Assembly: GCA_008632985.1 (NCBI GenBank)
Contig: QPGO01000227.1
Coordinates: 62,001 to 106,536, forward strand
DNA: 44,536 nucleotides
Direction of reading: 5' to 3'
Origin: Psammoneis japonica
Lineage: Eukaryota
Positions 1 through 12,835 of the stretch are shown here, one piece after another. The notes under the pieces were generated by a model. The model saw nothing but the letters and a program-made list of their open reading frames with translations. It did no database searches and was not told where the DNA came from. How positions within the stretch are numbered: position 1 is the stretch's first letter; each line of letters begins with the position of its first letter. The position numbers were made by a program, and so were the translations under genes.

Positions 1-2783
1 AATCTATGCCCTCCTTGCGCACGGTCTTCATGAACTCCATGCCAGGTTTTGTTTGCTCCTTAGATCCATCCATCAGGAGTTTCTCTGGCACGCCAAATTC
101 CTGGCAAAACATTTTGAGAGCTTCGCCAGCCTCACTCTTTTTGTCCATGGGATAAATCGCAGCAAAGCATTGCTTGTTTGTTAAGATCTGAGCATGTCAA
201 TTGCCCTCCAGCAAAATCACCTTGCCATCAACCATGTTGGTTGCCCATTCACCCCGTAACCCAGGCTTTGTGAACATCCAATTGGCCCGATGGCGTTGAC
301 CCATTGGCATCAATGCTGACCTGATGAGCTTTTGCACAGTCTTCTTGAGTGCACTTGCTGCTTGCTTGAGTCCTGTGCACCATCGTTCACTCAAGTCAGC
401 AGCCGATGCATCACCATGTCTCTCCTTAGACATGAATGTCTTTGGGAGTGCCAAGTCTTCAGGTCCTTTGCCAATTGTTTCCGTGGTGGAGATCTGGACT
501 GTTGACTCCGATTCCACGTTGACGGCAGCCATGAGCCTTGATTGGACTTGATCGACTCCACAAATGAATCGCTCATTGCAACAGTCCCTGGATTGAGGGT
601 CACTGCAGGCAGGATCAGCTTTGAACTCGTGTGTCAGATTGGCATGGATCGTCGCAATTGACCGAACTAGCTCCATTTCCTCCTCCGCAGATCGTCGAGT
701 TCCAATGGATTTGAACTTGACGGTCTGTGGATCCCAAGGTTGTTGGGAGGTCATCTGGATCTTGGGGCATTCGTGCAATTCCTGCTCTGCAGGAGTGCGA
801 GTTGCCACAACAACATTGGTCCCCACAGCTTCAAGTGGCATCATGAAAGATCTGTCCTCTGCAAGGACACACAGTGGCAAATCAGAGCAGGGGTTGTCCT
901 GAACCTTAACACCAAAGTGCTGCAGCTGGTTTGGGCCAACCAGCGAGTGCTCCATGGAATCCGGCATCCACAAGCCCTCGTGGAAGACCAGAACAAATGT
1001 TGCTCCCGATGTCGGTGACGTCCACGCCGTGGCTGCCGAGACAATTGGGACACTCTTGATGGAATTGCATCCCTCGTTAAAAGGCGATGCATCACATTCT
1101 CGTCCAGAATGACCTGAGAGGGTAAAGTTTTGACCAAAAACAGTGGTGTCAGCATGCGAACCCATTTCAAGGCGTCCATGCTGTGCCTTGCTCATGTCAC
1201 GGATGTGAGTGATTCGTGTGGTGTCAGACCGCGTTGCCGAGACACGCCGTGTCGAGGTGACAACCTCACAGACGCGTTTGTCACAGCCACGTGGGTGCTG
1301 CTCCTTTGATCGATGCGGCTGTCCCCTGCCCCATTGCAGCAACCACAACAAGAAGTTTGTGATGCAACAGAGCAGGGTCCAGCTTGGCAGTCATTTGTTC
1401 TTTCCTCTGTGCTTTTCACTGCGACCACCGAATGCGTCTCCGGCATTGTCTCTGTCTTTGCCGCCAGCCCTTGATTCATCATCGCCAGAATCGGCGCTGG
1501 CATTGGTGTTCAGGGCAGAGATTTTGCAGTTTGCTTCTTGCGACTTGACGGATGCAGCACAGCGTTTGGTTGGTTTGGGTTGTTTGGCAACACCCAGACG
1601 CACGCGCTTGTCGACAACCTTCTGTTTGTCCTCCTCACTCAACTGGTGCCAATTTTTGTGGTGTCCAGTGTCAATGGATCCATCCTCATCATAGATGGCA
1701 CCACCCTCTCTTCCGCCTCCACAGGTGACTGCGGCAATCGCATGACGATGCGCAATCGTCTCTGGAAGGGTGGCAACTTTTGCAGCAAGATGATTGGCCG
1801 CCGTGGTGAACATGATGCCTCCTCCAAACTCATTCTGTGCCTTCAAGGTCTCAACTGCCGCTTGCAGTGATTGGTGCTGCGTCTTCTCAAAAAGCATCCA
1901 TGATTTCTGGGCCTCCGTTTTTGGTTCGTTGTTCTCCTCAAAAATGTCAAACATTTCTTGAAGCTTGTTGACAAACAACTCAAACGGCACAGCGCGTTCA
2001 CTCTTGCAATGGAGGGTGTTCTCCATGCGCTTGGCTTCAGAGATGCGGCGGGAGGCATTCCCTTCTCCCTGGCAATGGTCACACAACGCCCTAAAGTCAA
2101 CTCGTCCGTTCTGCTCATTCTTGTGGTCTTTCAACCATTGCTCACTGGGTGTGCCCGTGGCAAGGGACTCAATGAGCAAATGAACCGCACGAGTGTCAGC
2201 CTTGAAAGCTGGGCCTCTTGGAGGGGTGCACATGCAATGCACTTCTGGACAAAAGTGTTGTGGCCTTGAGGTTCAGGTGCATCGTTTGACGTGTGCAACA
2301 CACTGACGGCACGCCAGAGACTCCTGGCATGATGCCAAGCACATTCGTCAAGCCAGTGCTCCACTTGACCCAATCCTTTTCACTCTCTAACATCCCGGGT
2401 GACACCTCTTTGCTGAGAGAGTCAGCAGTGGTCTTGGTCTGGGAACGGATCTCGGCATGACTGAGTGCCGTCTGGAGAGCAGCACGGAAAGTTGCCTGGT
2501 CAAGCCCATCCAGAGCAGGGTTCTCACTCACACGACCAAAGTCCTGTGCCCAATGGATGAGAGCTTTGAGTCGACGACTGCGGGCCAAACCAAAATGAAT
2601 GCGCCCTTCAGCAACCGTCCTCCCAGCACATGATGACGCAAGAGAGTCGATGTCTTCTTCCTTGAGGTCTTCTAAATTGTCAAAAGACGCAAAGTCCGCC
2701 ATGAGCAAGACTCGTTGAGCTGGATCAACAAATCCGATCCATTCGAGTGCTGTCTCGACAGGATCTGGAGGGGCAGCCGCCAT
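1..2783 (-). mobile_element. Degenerate Ty1/Copia (CoDi-like) LTR retrotransposon gag-pol, running off the window start
   Basis: Gag-like ORFs 2196-2783 and 1391-2242 (frameshifted); protease-like 'RLEMGSHADT' (consensus ELDSHADT); integrase core continues past the TGA at 197-199 ('FCQEFGVPEKLLMDGSKEQ'). Order PR then IN indicates Copia. Almost no Tyr codons. Confidence 0.85.
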
Positions 2784-3381
2784 GGTGGCACCTGTGCCAG
2801 CAGGAAAACAGAGTCATGTGAGAAATCACAAATTAAAAGAAGGATGTCTCGGTCTGTGTTGACGACAACACACAGCCATCAGAAGCATGGAGACTGGCCA
2901 TGTCTCCTCACTGCTTGTGCACTCACTGATGCCAGGCAACGACAATCATCACACACCCTTCGATCGACCGGCGTTCATCGTCACAACCCCGTCATCTTGG
3001 CGCGATCGTCTCTTCACAGTTGTTCAATGCATTTCGTCAAACCAAACCTGAGTCAACGACTTGGCTCTGACAAAGCGAGTAAATCTAGCTGCCGGATGGG
3101 CTCAGCCACTCACAGTCTTAGTGCGATGGCGCGAATGCAACCAATGAGATGCTTCTGGGCCTGTTGCAACTGCAACGGATGCAACAAGTGAAGACCATTT
3201 CGCGGTCATCGGTGTCACTGTCTGCATGCCACATCACAGTTTCTCCACAGCACCTCCCAGCCAGCTAGAGCACACCAGGCAGTCCCTGATGCACTGGATT
3301 TCATTCGCAACAGACAACAAAAGAATGCAAAGCAAGCAAGGCACCAGTGGGTGTGGGGTGTGGGCGTTGGTTGACCAGGCC

Positions 3382-4960
3382 ATGGCGTCTCATAAAAGCG
3401 CATGCGACCATGTTGACATTGCACTTCCGAATCTGCCTTACTTGGAGAAGGCATTGCAGAGGCAAGAAGAAAAATGTTCAACGAGGTGGGCAGCTCATTC
3501 GCACACACCAATTTCTGTGGAAGCTTGGCCGGACTTTGCAGCCAAGAGATGAGAGGCATCACAAAGACCCAAGAACACCCGCGTGATTGGCGCCAATGTT
3601 GGCACAAGCGCACCGCAAGAAAAATTGAAGAAAGTTACTTCAGAAGAGCATGTGACAGTCAATGCAGAGCGTTTGCTCGAGACAGTCTTTGATGGAGTAA
3701 ACGCCGGCTTCGACATTGAGCAGAACAGTGCGTTCACGTTGTCACAGCCAGACCTGGTTGCGCTAAAACAAGAAGGACAACGCATCATTCCCGCGCCTGA
3801 ACACACGTCTCCAGCATGCCGCAAGGCAGTGGGAAGACATGTCATTGCAAACACCGTTCCGTTGTGTGCTTTCGAAACTAAGCCGTTCTGGAAATTCAGG
3901 TTTCTCAAAGACGACAACAGTGCGGAAGCACCAACCACTCTGTTTCAACACCCCAACGGCTTCACTGCTGAAGATTTGAAGAAAAAGAGGCCGCTTCCCG
4001 ATGACTGGGCACATGAAAAAATCAAAGTGTTTCACTTGATTCGTCAAGTTTACGGTCAAATGATCTCTTCGCAGTTGCGGCATGGTGTGATTCACTTGTG
4101 CAAGGTCTCTGGTGGTTTTGCTGCCGCGATTCCAAAGGTGCTCTCAAAATTTCTCGTCCATTTCGAAAGGAAGAGACCTCTCCATCAGCACTTCAGGCAA
4201 TCAAGACGATTGTAGAGTGTGCTGACTTCATCCTAGAGGAGACGCCTCATGCCACCCTGCTTCCGCCGTCAAGGCCCGTCGCAAATCGAGTCCCACGGAA
4301 GGCCCGAAGACGAGAAAGACAGGAGTCGCACCACAAAGGGCATGTCATAACAAGCTCCCGAATCAAGATTGGAAACGTGGTGGAGGCAAAAGTAAGTCAC
4401 ATGCACCATTGGGCTGCTCTAAAGGCCCGGCTGGATTCGCTTCTGGTGTCCACATGTGGGACTGCGAATTGGTGGACTTCAATTCCAATGTCAAGCTCCT
4501 CGCCAGCCAAAAAAACCCATCGGTCCTTATCAAGATGCAGTGCAATACTTGGGCAGAAGATGTTGCGGAAGAGATGGCAAACGAAGCTTCTATGCACAGT
4601 AAGCTCAGTGCGAATCCTAATGTAAAGGATGTAATTGCCGAGTTCTATGGGTTCAGTGCCCATCTTTGAGTTCCCTTGTTGTGCTTGGGAAAGGTAGGCC
4701 CTAGTTTTGAGGACATTGGACTAGAAAACATTGCTCTTGACCTTCGATCATCGGCAGTAGAAAGTTTGCGTCTCCTGGGTGGAGCTGGGCTTGTGCACAA
4801 CGATCTGGATCTCCGAAATATCGTGCAGAGCAAGCAGAACCCGAAACGCGCCAAGATTATCGATTTTGGTCGCTCTGAATTCTCTGATAATAGTAGGCTA
4901 CTCGAAGCTCAGGTCGAGACCCTGAAATCCATTTTGAATCTTTCTCATGATTTTGAATGA
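3382..4960 (+). pseudogene. Frameshifted gene with a C-terminal protein-kinase-like domain, preceded by a QxYGxM...RHGVI segment
   Basis: Consecutive partial ORFs in shifting frames; kinase motifs 'LVHNDLDLRN' and 'KIIDFGRS' in 4676-4960; in-frame TGA at 4667-4669. Confidence 0.6.
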
Positions 4961-5080
4961 AGGCTTGTGCTTGCTGGCTCCATATTAAATACAAGTAAGG
5001 GCCCTCTCATAAAGCTGCTACAATAAACCAAAACTCACCTCTCGCTCCCGTTCCCTCCTGTTTCTAATACAAGTAGCACC

Positions 5081-6064
5081 ATGAGCACCGACACTGCTGG
5101 CAATTACAACAACTGCAAGAACATTCCCAACCTGGAGGGCAAAGTGGCAATCGTCACGGGTTCCAACAGTGGTACCGGCTACGGCATTACCTACCACCTT
5201 GCCAAGCACGGTGCAAAAGTCATCATGGCGGCCCGAAACCAAGATAGGCTAGAAGAAGCCCAAAAGGCCATGCTGGAAGAAGTTCCGAATGCCAATCTCC
5301 AAATCGAAATCCTCGACTTGTGCAGTCTCCAAAGCATTCGAGAGTTTTGTGACCGCATCAAGTCGTCCTATACGAAAATTGATTTTCTCGCCAACAACGC
5401 GGGTGGTGGATCCGCCACGTACCAAAAGACGGTTGATGGATTCGAGTCGAATTTCTTTTTGAATTATCTCGGTCACGTGGCCTTGACGACGCAATTGTTG
5501 CCCGTCCTGCAGGATGAGAGTCGTATCGTCAATTTCTCCAGCATCGGATACAAGAGGTTCTTGAAGAACGACCTGGATACAGAACATTTGGAATGCACCG
5601 ACCCGGACCAATACGATCAAATGGAAGAGTATTGCAGAGGCAAGCTTTGTTCCATTTTGCATTCCGTCAAGCTGAGTCAAGAATTTCAAAAGGTCGGATC
5701 GTCCTCGTTGGCCTTGGCGTGCCATCCCGGCAACGCCCGAACCAATTTGCTCAATGCCGACGATCAATCCTTTCTCGTCAAGTACTTTTTGCGATTCATC
5801 CTTCCTCCCCTCTTTGCCTTGTTTGGAATGAGTCACAGCTTGTATGATGGTGCACTACCCGCTGTGGAAGCCTTGGTGGCAGACAATGCCAACCCCGGAG
5901 TCGTTTACGCGCCGGGTAACAAGAACGAAATGACGGGCGATCCCATTCCGTGGGAAATTGATCACACGCATTACAAGGATGAAGATGTGGACAAACTCTG
6001 GAACAAGACGGAAGAAATGTTGGGAATGAAAGCGAGTGATTTCCTCAAGCAAAACAAGCAATAA
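5081..6064 (+). CDS. Short-chain dehydrogenase/reductase (retinol dehydrogenase/WWOX-like), 327 aa
   Basis: TGSNSGTG cofactor motif, NNAG, catalytic YCRGK, HPG; intact ORF with normal Tyr content. Confidence 0.93.
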   Translation: MSTDTAGNYNNCKNIPNLEGKVAIVTGSNSGTGYGITYHLAKHGAKVIMAARNQDRLEEAQKAMLEEVPNANLQIEILDLCSLQSIREFCDRIKSSYTKIDFLANNAGGGSATYQKTVDGFESNFFLNYLGHVALTTQLLPVLQDESRIVNFSSIGYKRFLKNDLDTEHLECTDPDQYDQMEEYCRGKLCSILHSVKLSQEFQKVGSSSLALACHPGNARTNLLNADDQSFLVKYFLRFILPPLFALFGMSHSLYDGALPAVEALVADNANPGVVYAPGNKNEMTGDPIPWEIDHTHYKDEDVDKLWNKTEEMLGMKASDFLKQNKQ

Positions 6065-6916
6065 TATTCCCTTGCGCACCCCTACTTTGTGAAGCAAAGG
6101 AACCCAGTTGATTTACATTGTTTTAAAATAATACTTTTCATGTCGTCAAATAGGCACAGTCCCAGCATCATACTGTATTATGTAGATTCTTATTGACAAA
6201 ATGCAGCTACTTTTCCGCTTTTTCGCATGAAGCTTAGTAGATACTTCTCCGAAGTACCGTAGGTGTAATACTATGATGTGTCTCCGGTATCATTTACCAA
6301 CTGTTGGTATGGAGACCACGAGATGGCTCCAAGGATTGTTTCTTATCATGGGAGTGTGTTGAGTTCACGCAAGTTGCGTAATAGAGAATGTAAAACTCGA
6401 CGAATCGGATCTGGACGAATCCATCTACCCCCAACTACAATATCTTTCTACTTTGTAGTTTAAACTATTCCATGAGAACCCGTTGTACTTGGATAAGTAA
6501 GAGGAAGTCGTTACTACTTCTACAGTGATTTACAAGACGAAATGGCGTCAAGCTCAAACCGGTATATTCTTGGTGCTCATCGCATGGCGAAGCAGCAAAA
6601 AGATAGAGACAGCAGCACAGCACGGATGACATTATGCAGCAAAACGCCATCTTCCGATGTACTGTAATATGGTAGATGCCCGCCTGATCGATAAGAAAAC
6701 CGGTTGATATGGTGTTGTTACAATGAGGCACCTCACAAGACTGTTCAAAACGCAGTTGTTTCCCGTTGCCTTCGTCGAATGTTGTGCAGATGAAACAGCA
6801 AACGCGACAAGACTGTTCAAACATTGATGTCTGCCTCTGACACGACTGTTGAAAACTCATAAAATATTAATAAATGAATACCTTTGGATAGGCATACTCA
6901 ATCGTAACCGCCATCA

Positions 6917-8085
6917 AATTGTCTACAAGAATGTTCAAAATTTAGTCAAATTAAAGTATGAATAGTATCTTGGCAAAGATTTCTTAAGGATAACCGCCAC
7001 CCACTATACAAGACCAATTTGTCACTCCGAAACTATTGCCGGCGCAACGGTCAATTTCAAAATCACGTAGAAATGAACAAAGAATTTTTGGTATGTCGTT
7101 TCACACGAAACATCCAGATTTTGAAATGAAAATCAACACGAATGAACCATCACATTTCGTCTCATCTCGTCTCACAATTCTCACTTTTGTTCTTCCCTGC
7201 CCATCAAACCACTACATCACCATGAAAGCTTCCCTTGCCTTCCTTCTTCCTCTTGCCAACGTCTGCGTTGTTGACTCGCACTCATTGAGGAAGCATCACG
7301 TTCACGGCGCACGCATTCTTGACGAGTACAGCACTTTGGCAAAAGAAACGCAAACGCATGTAGATCCAGACCTTCTGGGCCTAATCCAACGAGACCCCGC
7401 CTTTGAAATGGTAGCTGCCGATCACAAGTCAACCAGAGAACCAAAGGCCTCCAGATCGCCGAAAACTTCAAGAGCGCCTGTAACAGCACCCGTCGTCAAT
7501 GTCGATTCTCGGTCCTCCAAGTCGCCGGTATCAGCAAAACAAGGAAAGGTTTCAACCAAGTCAAGCACCAAGTCGCCGAAATCTTCCAGTTCCACCAAGT
7601 CACCGAAATCTTCCAGCTCCACCAAGTCACCGAAATCATCCAAGTCTTCGAAATCATCCAGTTCCACCAAATCACCGAAATCATCCAAGTCTTCGAAATC
7701 ATCCAGTTCCACCAAGTCGCCAAAATCATCTAGTTCTACCAAATCGCCGAAATCATCTAGCTCTACCAAGTCGCCGAGTTCATCTAGCTCTACCAAATCA
7801 CCGAGTTCATCCAGTTCTACCAAATCACCGAAATCATCCAGTTCTACCAAATCACCGAGTTCACCCAGTCCCACCGCGGCACCGTCTTTAACTGTATAAG
7901 AACGCTTTAAAGTTTATGACATTTCAGCTACTCTTGGATTAGACCAATGCTCTTGAAGGTGCTCTCTAGAGCACTCGACCCATGCGGTGCTCTTTATGGT
8001 GCTCTACAGTAGCTGACAGAGAGCACTCTGTTGACTGTGCGACAGCAGAGCAGCGCAGATGGACGCATGCATGTGTGTCACTCGA
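6917..8085 (+). repeat. Local duplication unit (upstream region + silaffin-like gene + 3' region); paralogous to ~21321-22472
   Basis: Shared blocks 'acaagaatgttcaaaa', 'taaccgccacccact', 'aactgtataagaacgctttaaagttta', 'gactgtgcgacagca', 'tgtgtcactcgaat'. Confidence 0.85.
7222..7899 (+). CDS. Silaffin-like secreted Ser/Lys-rich protein, copy 1
   Basis: Hydrophobic N-terminus MKASLAFLLPLANV, RIL (RXL) motif at 7312-7320, many KSPK/KSSK repeats (STKSPKSSS units). Confidence 0.7.
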   Translation: MKASLAFLLPLANVCVVDSHSLRKHHVHGARILDEYSTLAKETQTHVDPDLLGLIQRDPAFEMVAADHKSTREPKASRSPKTSRAPVTAPVVNVDSRSSKSPVSAKQGKVSTKSSTKSPKSSSSTKSPKSSSSTKSPKSSKSSKSSSSTKSPKSSKSSKSSSSTKSPKSSSSTKSPKSSSSTKSPSSSSSTKSPSSSSSTKSPKSSSSTKSPSSPSPTAAPSLTV

Positions 8086-10024
8086 ATTGTTTGCATTGGA
8101 CCAATGCGCAAAGAGCCAGACAAAAGGAATTGCTTCCCAATCAAATTAAATTCGGATGAAGTGGCAGACAACATGGAGCCACCACACTTGTTGCTTTTGG
8201 CACCATGTCACATGCTCTGCAGAGTTCTGCGGCCACAGCTCTAAACTTGTGATGCACCGACTGTCACTGAGTGCAGTTGTCATTCTTTGCCAGTGCAAAA
8301 AGGATTGTGTTTGATGAGTCAAAGGTGGCAGTTGACACTGGTGCAAACAATGGAGTCTTTGTGGGTCATTGGACCAACTTTTTCAATGAGGCTGTCAAAC
8401 AAACGGACCTTTTTTCCTTTGCATTTTGACTGCAACAGCAGTGCCAACCAACAATGTGAAGAAGACACTCCATGTGTTGAGAAGGAAGGGATGAGTTGTG
8501 GTTGTGTTTTCAATGCCAAAATGGACCTGCAGCATTCACAGGATTTTGCACAACTTTTGTGCATCACAGAAAGTCGATGCACGCGGTCGCCAAAACAGAT
8601 CTCCAGTGCACAAAAATGACCTTGTTGTGAGCTGATTTAGATGTGGTGAATTTGACGGTGTTGTTTTTGTGTGGAATGTTTTGAGTGCAGGGGAGGGGGG
8701 TCAAAGTGGCCTGAGAATGGGTGTCCCAACTTTGCAGTTGAAAGTCGCTGAAATCTTCATGAGTCTGCAGTTGTTGAGCTGATCAAAAGAGATGAAATGG
8801 AGCCTGCAGACTGGGTGAATTGTGGCGGTTCTGATGGTGTTGTTTTTGTTGTCATGAGGTGGAAATCAGCATCTGTCTCATGCATTTGTGTTCATTTTGT
8901 TGTCGTGTTTTGGGGGTCTGGTGTTGGTTTGTTTCTCACTGAGAAAGCAGCTCCCTGGAAGCATGAATGAATGCGTTCGGTTTTTTGATGCTGGTGTTTA
9001 AGACAATTTTGTGCAGCAGATGCAAGTGTCACATGAATTGAGACAAAGTGTCCATTTGCACATCACCTGGCACCGGAAGAACATGTTTTGTTGACATGAT
9101 GACTTGCACAAGATCATTCTGCCCTCCTTGGGAGTTAGCCAGCACATTTGCACAGCGCTGGACTGCAAACTGCTTTCTTCCCATTGTGATTTGCCAATCT
9201 CCAAGCGCTGGGTGTGACGCTCTTTTTTTTTGCTGACTTGAGCTGAGAGACTGGCTCCACAGCAATTTGACCTTGTCACCACCAAAGACACGCCACTGCA
9301 AACAACCAAGAAAAAAGGCAGCAACAACAATCTCTCATTCCAACAGATGGGCATTGGGGCATGCCCTTTTGCCATTTCTCACAGATGCAGTCCATGTGCC
9401 TCCAACCCCAGTCATTGTGTTGGCAAAGTGACAAGCCATTCTTTTTGGGTGGTGCCTTCAAGCATGACAGAGTGTGGAAAAGGTTTCCAGCTTTGATGGT
9501 TGCTTTCTTCTTCTTTGATGAGTTGACAACTTTCATTGCTGATCAAATTTTTTGAACAGCGAGATTGCTCTGACTGGTCAAGGAGATGTTTGGTGATGGG
9601 AGGACACAATTTGGATGCTTGCAGTGCAACAAGGCAACACAGTCAAGAGGATGTTGCCACCAAATGTGCAAGGAAAAACACTGGCAACCTTGACTTTTTC
9701 CACACCTGCAATTGCCACATTTAAGTGCAATTTTTTGTCACAGAAGATGCCAGTTCAAGTGCCCAAAAATTTCTCCATTCAAGTGCCCCACAAGAGCTTT
9801 GACAGCTCCTGTTTTTTCTTGCTTGCTCAGCAGCCCACAAAACAAAGAGACAAAAGCAAAAACAAAGGGAAGAGCTGACAAGGCCATGGAGGTTCCAAAC
9901 AAAAGCCCCCAATGAGACAGATTCCTTGTGCAGAATTTCTCAAAGTCACCACCAGCACACTCTTTGGCTGCATGGGGAGGTGATTCCTTGCCAAATTCCT
10001 GACTCCAGATGCACGTGCATGAGT

Positions 10025-10966
10025 GGTGTGTTTTCATCCTCTGGGTGAGAAACTTTTGGACACATCACAAGGTTTTCTGCATGTTTCCACTGGTGACATG
10101 CAAACTGGCGCTGAACCTGTGTAAAAATTGAGCTCCACAACAAAGACACATTTTTTCATGTCTTGAACCACAAATTGCGCACACAAAAATGACACCATGC
10201 TGCTGCCATGAACTTGTCCATTTGCACACCAACAGCTGTCAAGACTGAAAAGGCAAAAATGTGGTTGACATTTTGATTTTTGCCATTTGTTGTGCCTTGC
10301 AGGATGGTGGCCTTTTGACTCATGACATTTTTGATGGAGTCAGAGTGCAGTTCATTTTTGGTGTGAGCTCTTTGCACACAATGAACAATGTGCACATTCT
10401 TTCAACAACAGACAGGTGCAACAAAAAAAGCAGAGCAGTCTCTCAAATGTGCCTGAACAACAACAAAGTGCAGTTGGCTGACAGCTTTGCCAAAGATTTG
10501 GCAAAATCACATGATTTTGGCACATTGAGAATCCCACCATCCAGGTTGCTTTGGGCAGGTTGGCTGCATGATGTGGTGCATGGGGTGTGCTTTGCAGCAG
10601 CACAGTGCGTGAAACCAAAAGTGCAATGGAGTGGAGCTCTGAACCACCAATGATTGGATCTGGGACCAGCTCATCAAGCTTGTTCCAAATCTGTGCTCAA
10701 ATGGATCGGAGTGGCTGTCTTTCAATGCATCTGTGCGTCATCCACACGGAGACCAATTTCATCACCAGTGGACACTCCAACTGGCCAACCACCCATGCGC
10801 ACCCTCCAAACAAAGAGAACAATGGCTGGCTTTTCAAAACAAACAGATCTGAGGAAAGAAGAAATGAAAATTTGGGCGACACTCCAGTCAGATTTGTTTG
10901 CACAAAAAGCAAGTTGAGGGAAGAAGAACAGACAAAACGTCTCACCTTCATGCACGTTTCTCACCT
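10025..10966 (-). mobile_element. Diverged, inverted, partly truncated copy of the TIR element at 19031-20349
   Basis: Start 'gtgtgttttcatcc..gggtgagaaacttttggacacatcacaagg' is the reverse complement of that element's right end; 10800-10966 matches its left portion. Confidence 0.8.
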
Positions 10967-11448
10967 TTGAAATCTCACCTTTGCACGTTTCTCTCCTTCA
11001 ATCAAAACACACTGAGCTTCCTCGTTGGAGCCTTCTTTTTTGGAAGAACCCTGGGATGACTTCTCCAATGTCTTTTTGCCTCCAAACAATTGCTTGCATT
11101 GCATGATTTGTGAGTGCCCTTTCCAGCCATCCATGGGGCCCTGAAGGGTGTCCTGACAAGCCTGGGCCACAGCTGTGGTCAAAAAATTGATTCAAGCCAA
11201 TTGGTCAGCATGGTGTTTCCAAAGCAAGGGCACTTGGTGTGACAGCTGTCTGCCCATCCATCAGAAGTGGCATCTGCAGTGATTCCAAGTCCCACGCAGC
11301 TGGCTGCCTGACGTCACTTTCAGTTTGCCAAAATGAAGAAACTGGCACATCAGGGTGCAAAACCCTTTTTTTGGAAACACTTTTGCACAAAACCTCAAAA
11401 ATGACCAAGCAATCATTTGTGGCACATCTCTGCTGAAAAAAAAAAATG

Positions 11449-12835
11449 TGCAATATACAGCTACTAATAAGAGTTAATGTATCACGGCGACGTGTTACAG
11501 CCTTTAAATGTCACAAAGGGCGTGACAAAAACAACTTTTTGTCTGCATGCATACTGCAAATGCCCTGGTGACGGGTTCCAATCCTAGGTGGGACTTTTTG
11601 TGACATTGGGCGCGTAGAATTCTACGTGCGAGCTCCGCAGTAAAATTATTAAGCAATGAAAATGTGAATGATCGCTGACAGAAATAGAGGCAATTTTACG
11701 AACGTATCTCCTCCTCCAAATTTGAAGTACGTTATTTATAGTTTGCCCGGGTATATTCTTTAGACATTAAACAATATACCCAGCGCATTTTTATTGTCAT
11801 AAATGTAGAAAACAGAAAGCCTTTGGCTTCGCAAAAGAGGCAGTGTGGAACAATTTTTTACAATAGAACACGTAGAAATGTACGTGCAAAACATACGACG
11901 GATGACAAAAAATAATTATGTCACAGTCCAGTAGTGCGAGGTCCCACCTAGAGCTGGAACGCGTCTGGTGGCACCTTTTCTGTGTTCAGTGCACAAAAAA
12001 CATGACAGCACCAGACGCCAGAAGCACCATTTGCTCTTAAAAACTTGGTGGCGGGGTGGTGGTGGCAAGTGTTTTTCTTTGCGGTGTGACAGGCTTTTGC
12101 ACCACAAGTGGCCAAGGACATCATGAACACAGGCGCTTGCCACCTCCCACTTCTTTGTCATCATTGCATCTGACGAAATGGTGGGTGGCATCATGTCTGA
12201 TTGTTTGCACACTGAGCTCAGAATTTGCATGCAAGCCACATGATTTTTTCTTTTGCAGCTTGCATGTGATTGCATGAAATCCTGTCTTCAACCCCAATGC
12301 CATGCTTCCACACGCAATCACAGTCCCGCCATTTTTTGCCAAAATGCGTTTCCAGCCAACATGTGTCATGCCAGTGCAAAGTTCCCAACAACATGTGAGG
12401 TCGCAAGCAGAAGGTTGCGTTGGTTGAAGAGCTGTCGCTAAAAATTGCCCCCCCCACGCTTTCACGTGTGATGAAGTTCTCAGCAATGACGCCATGAACA
12501 ACACGTGCCCGGTTCATTCTTGCAAGATGTTGGTTTAAAGAGCAGGAGACTGACAATGCTCACATCTCGTGCACTTTGAGGCTCCATCAGGGGGCAAAAG
12601 TCCAGCCAGTTTTTCCAAAAAATTTGAGTCAATGTGGGATTCAAGACATGTGACTCACTGTGCAATGAAGGGAAATTGACCCTTTCTTGACACCAATGCT
12701 GAATGACAACATCAACACAAGACCCTGCAGCATGCATGCAGACAAAAGGTTGTTTTTGTCACGCCCTTTGTGACATTTAAAGGCTGTGACACGTCGCCGT
12801 GATGCATTGGCTCTCATCAGCAGCTGTGTGTTGCA
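11449..12835. mobile_element. Non-autonomous element bounded by ~110-bp inverted repeats (11449-11558 / 12726-12835), containing a nested MITE
   Basis: The two arms align as reverse complements, differing almost only at TpA sites. Confidence 0.8.
11570..11965. mobile_element. MITE (GAC...GTC termini, 4-bp TSD TGGT), unmutated TpA-rich copy
   Basis: Ends 'gacgggttccaatcctaggtgggac' / 'gtcccacctagagctggaacgcgtc'; TGGT at 11566-11569 and 11966-11969; interior differs from the other two copies. Confidence 0.85.

Noticed and set aside
2800..3215. Copia 5' LTR
   Set aside because: Plausible position, but the partner LTR is outside the window, so boundaries cannot be defined
6465..6860. 131-aa ORF with FEQSC repeats
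   Set aside because: Three short 'gactgtt.aaa' repeats only; no recognisable family
7422..7874. Antisense ORFs with DLVELDDFG repeats (also 21828-22211)
   Set aside because: Mirror frames of the Ser/Lys repeats; the plus strand has the signal peptide and RXL motif
8319..8582. Possible Ulp1-like protease remnant ('HCWLALLL...VRLFDSL')
   Set aside because: Motif too short and degenerate to support without a profile search
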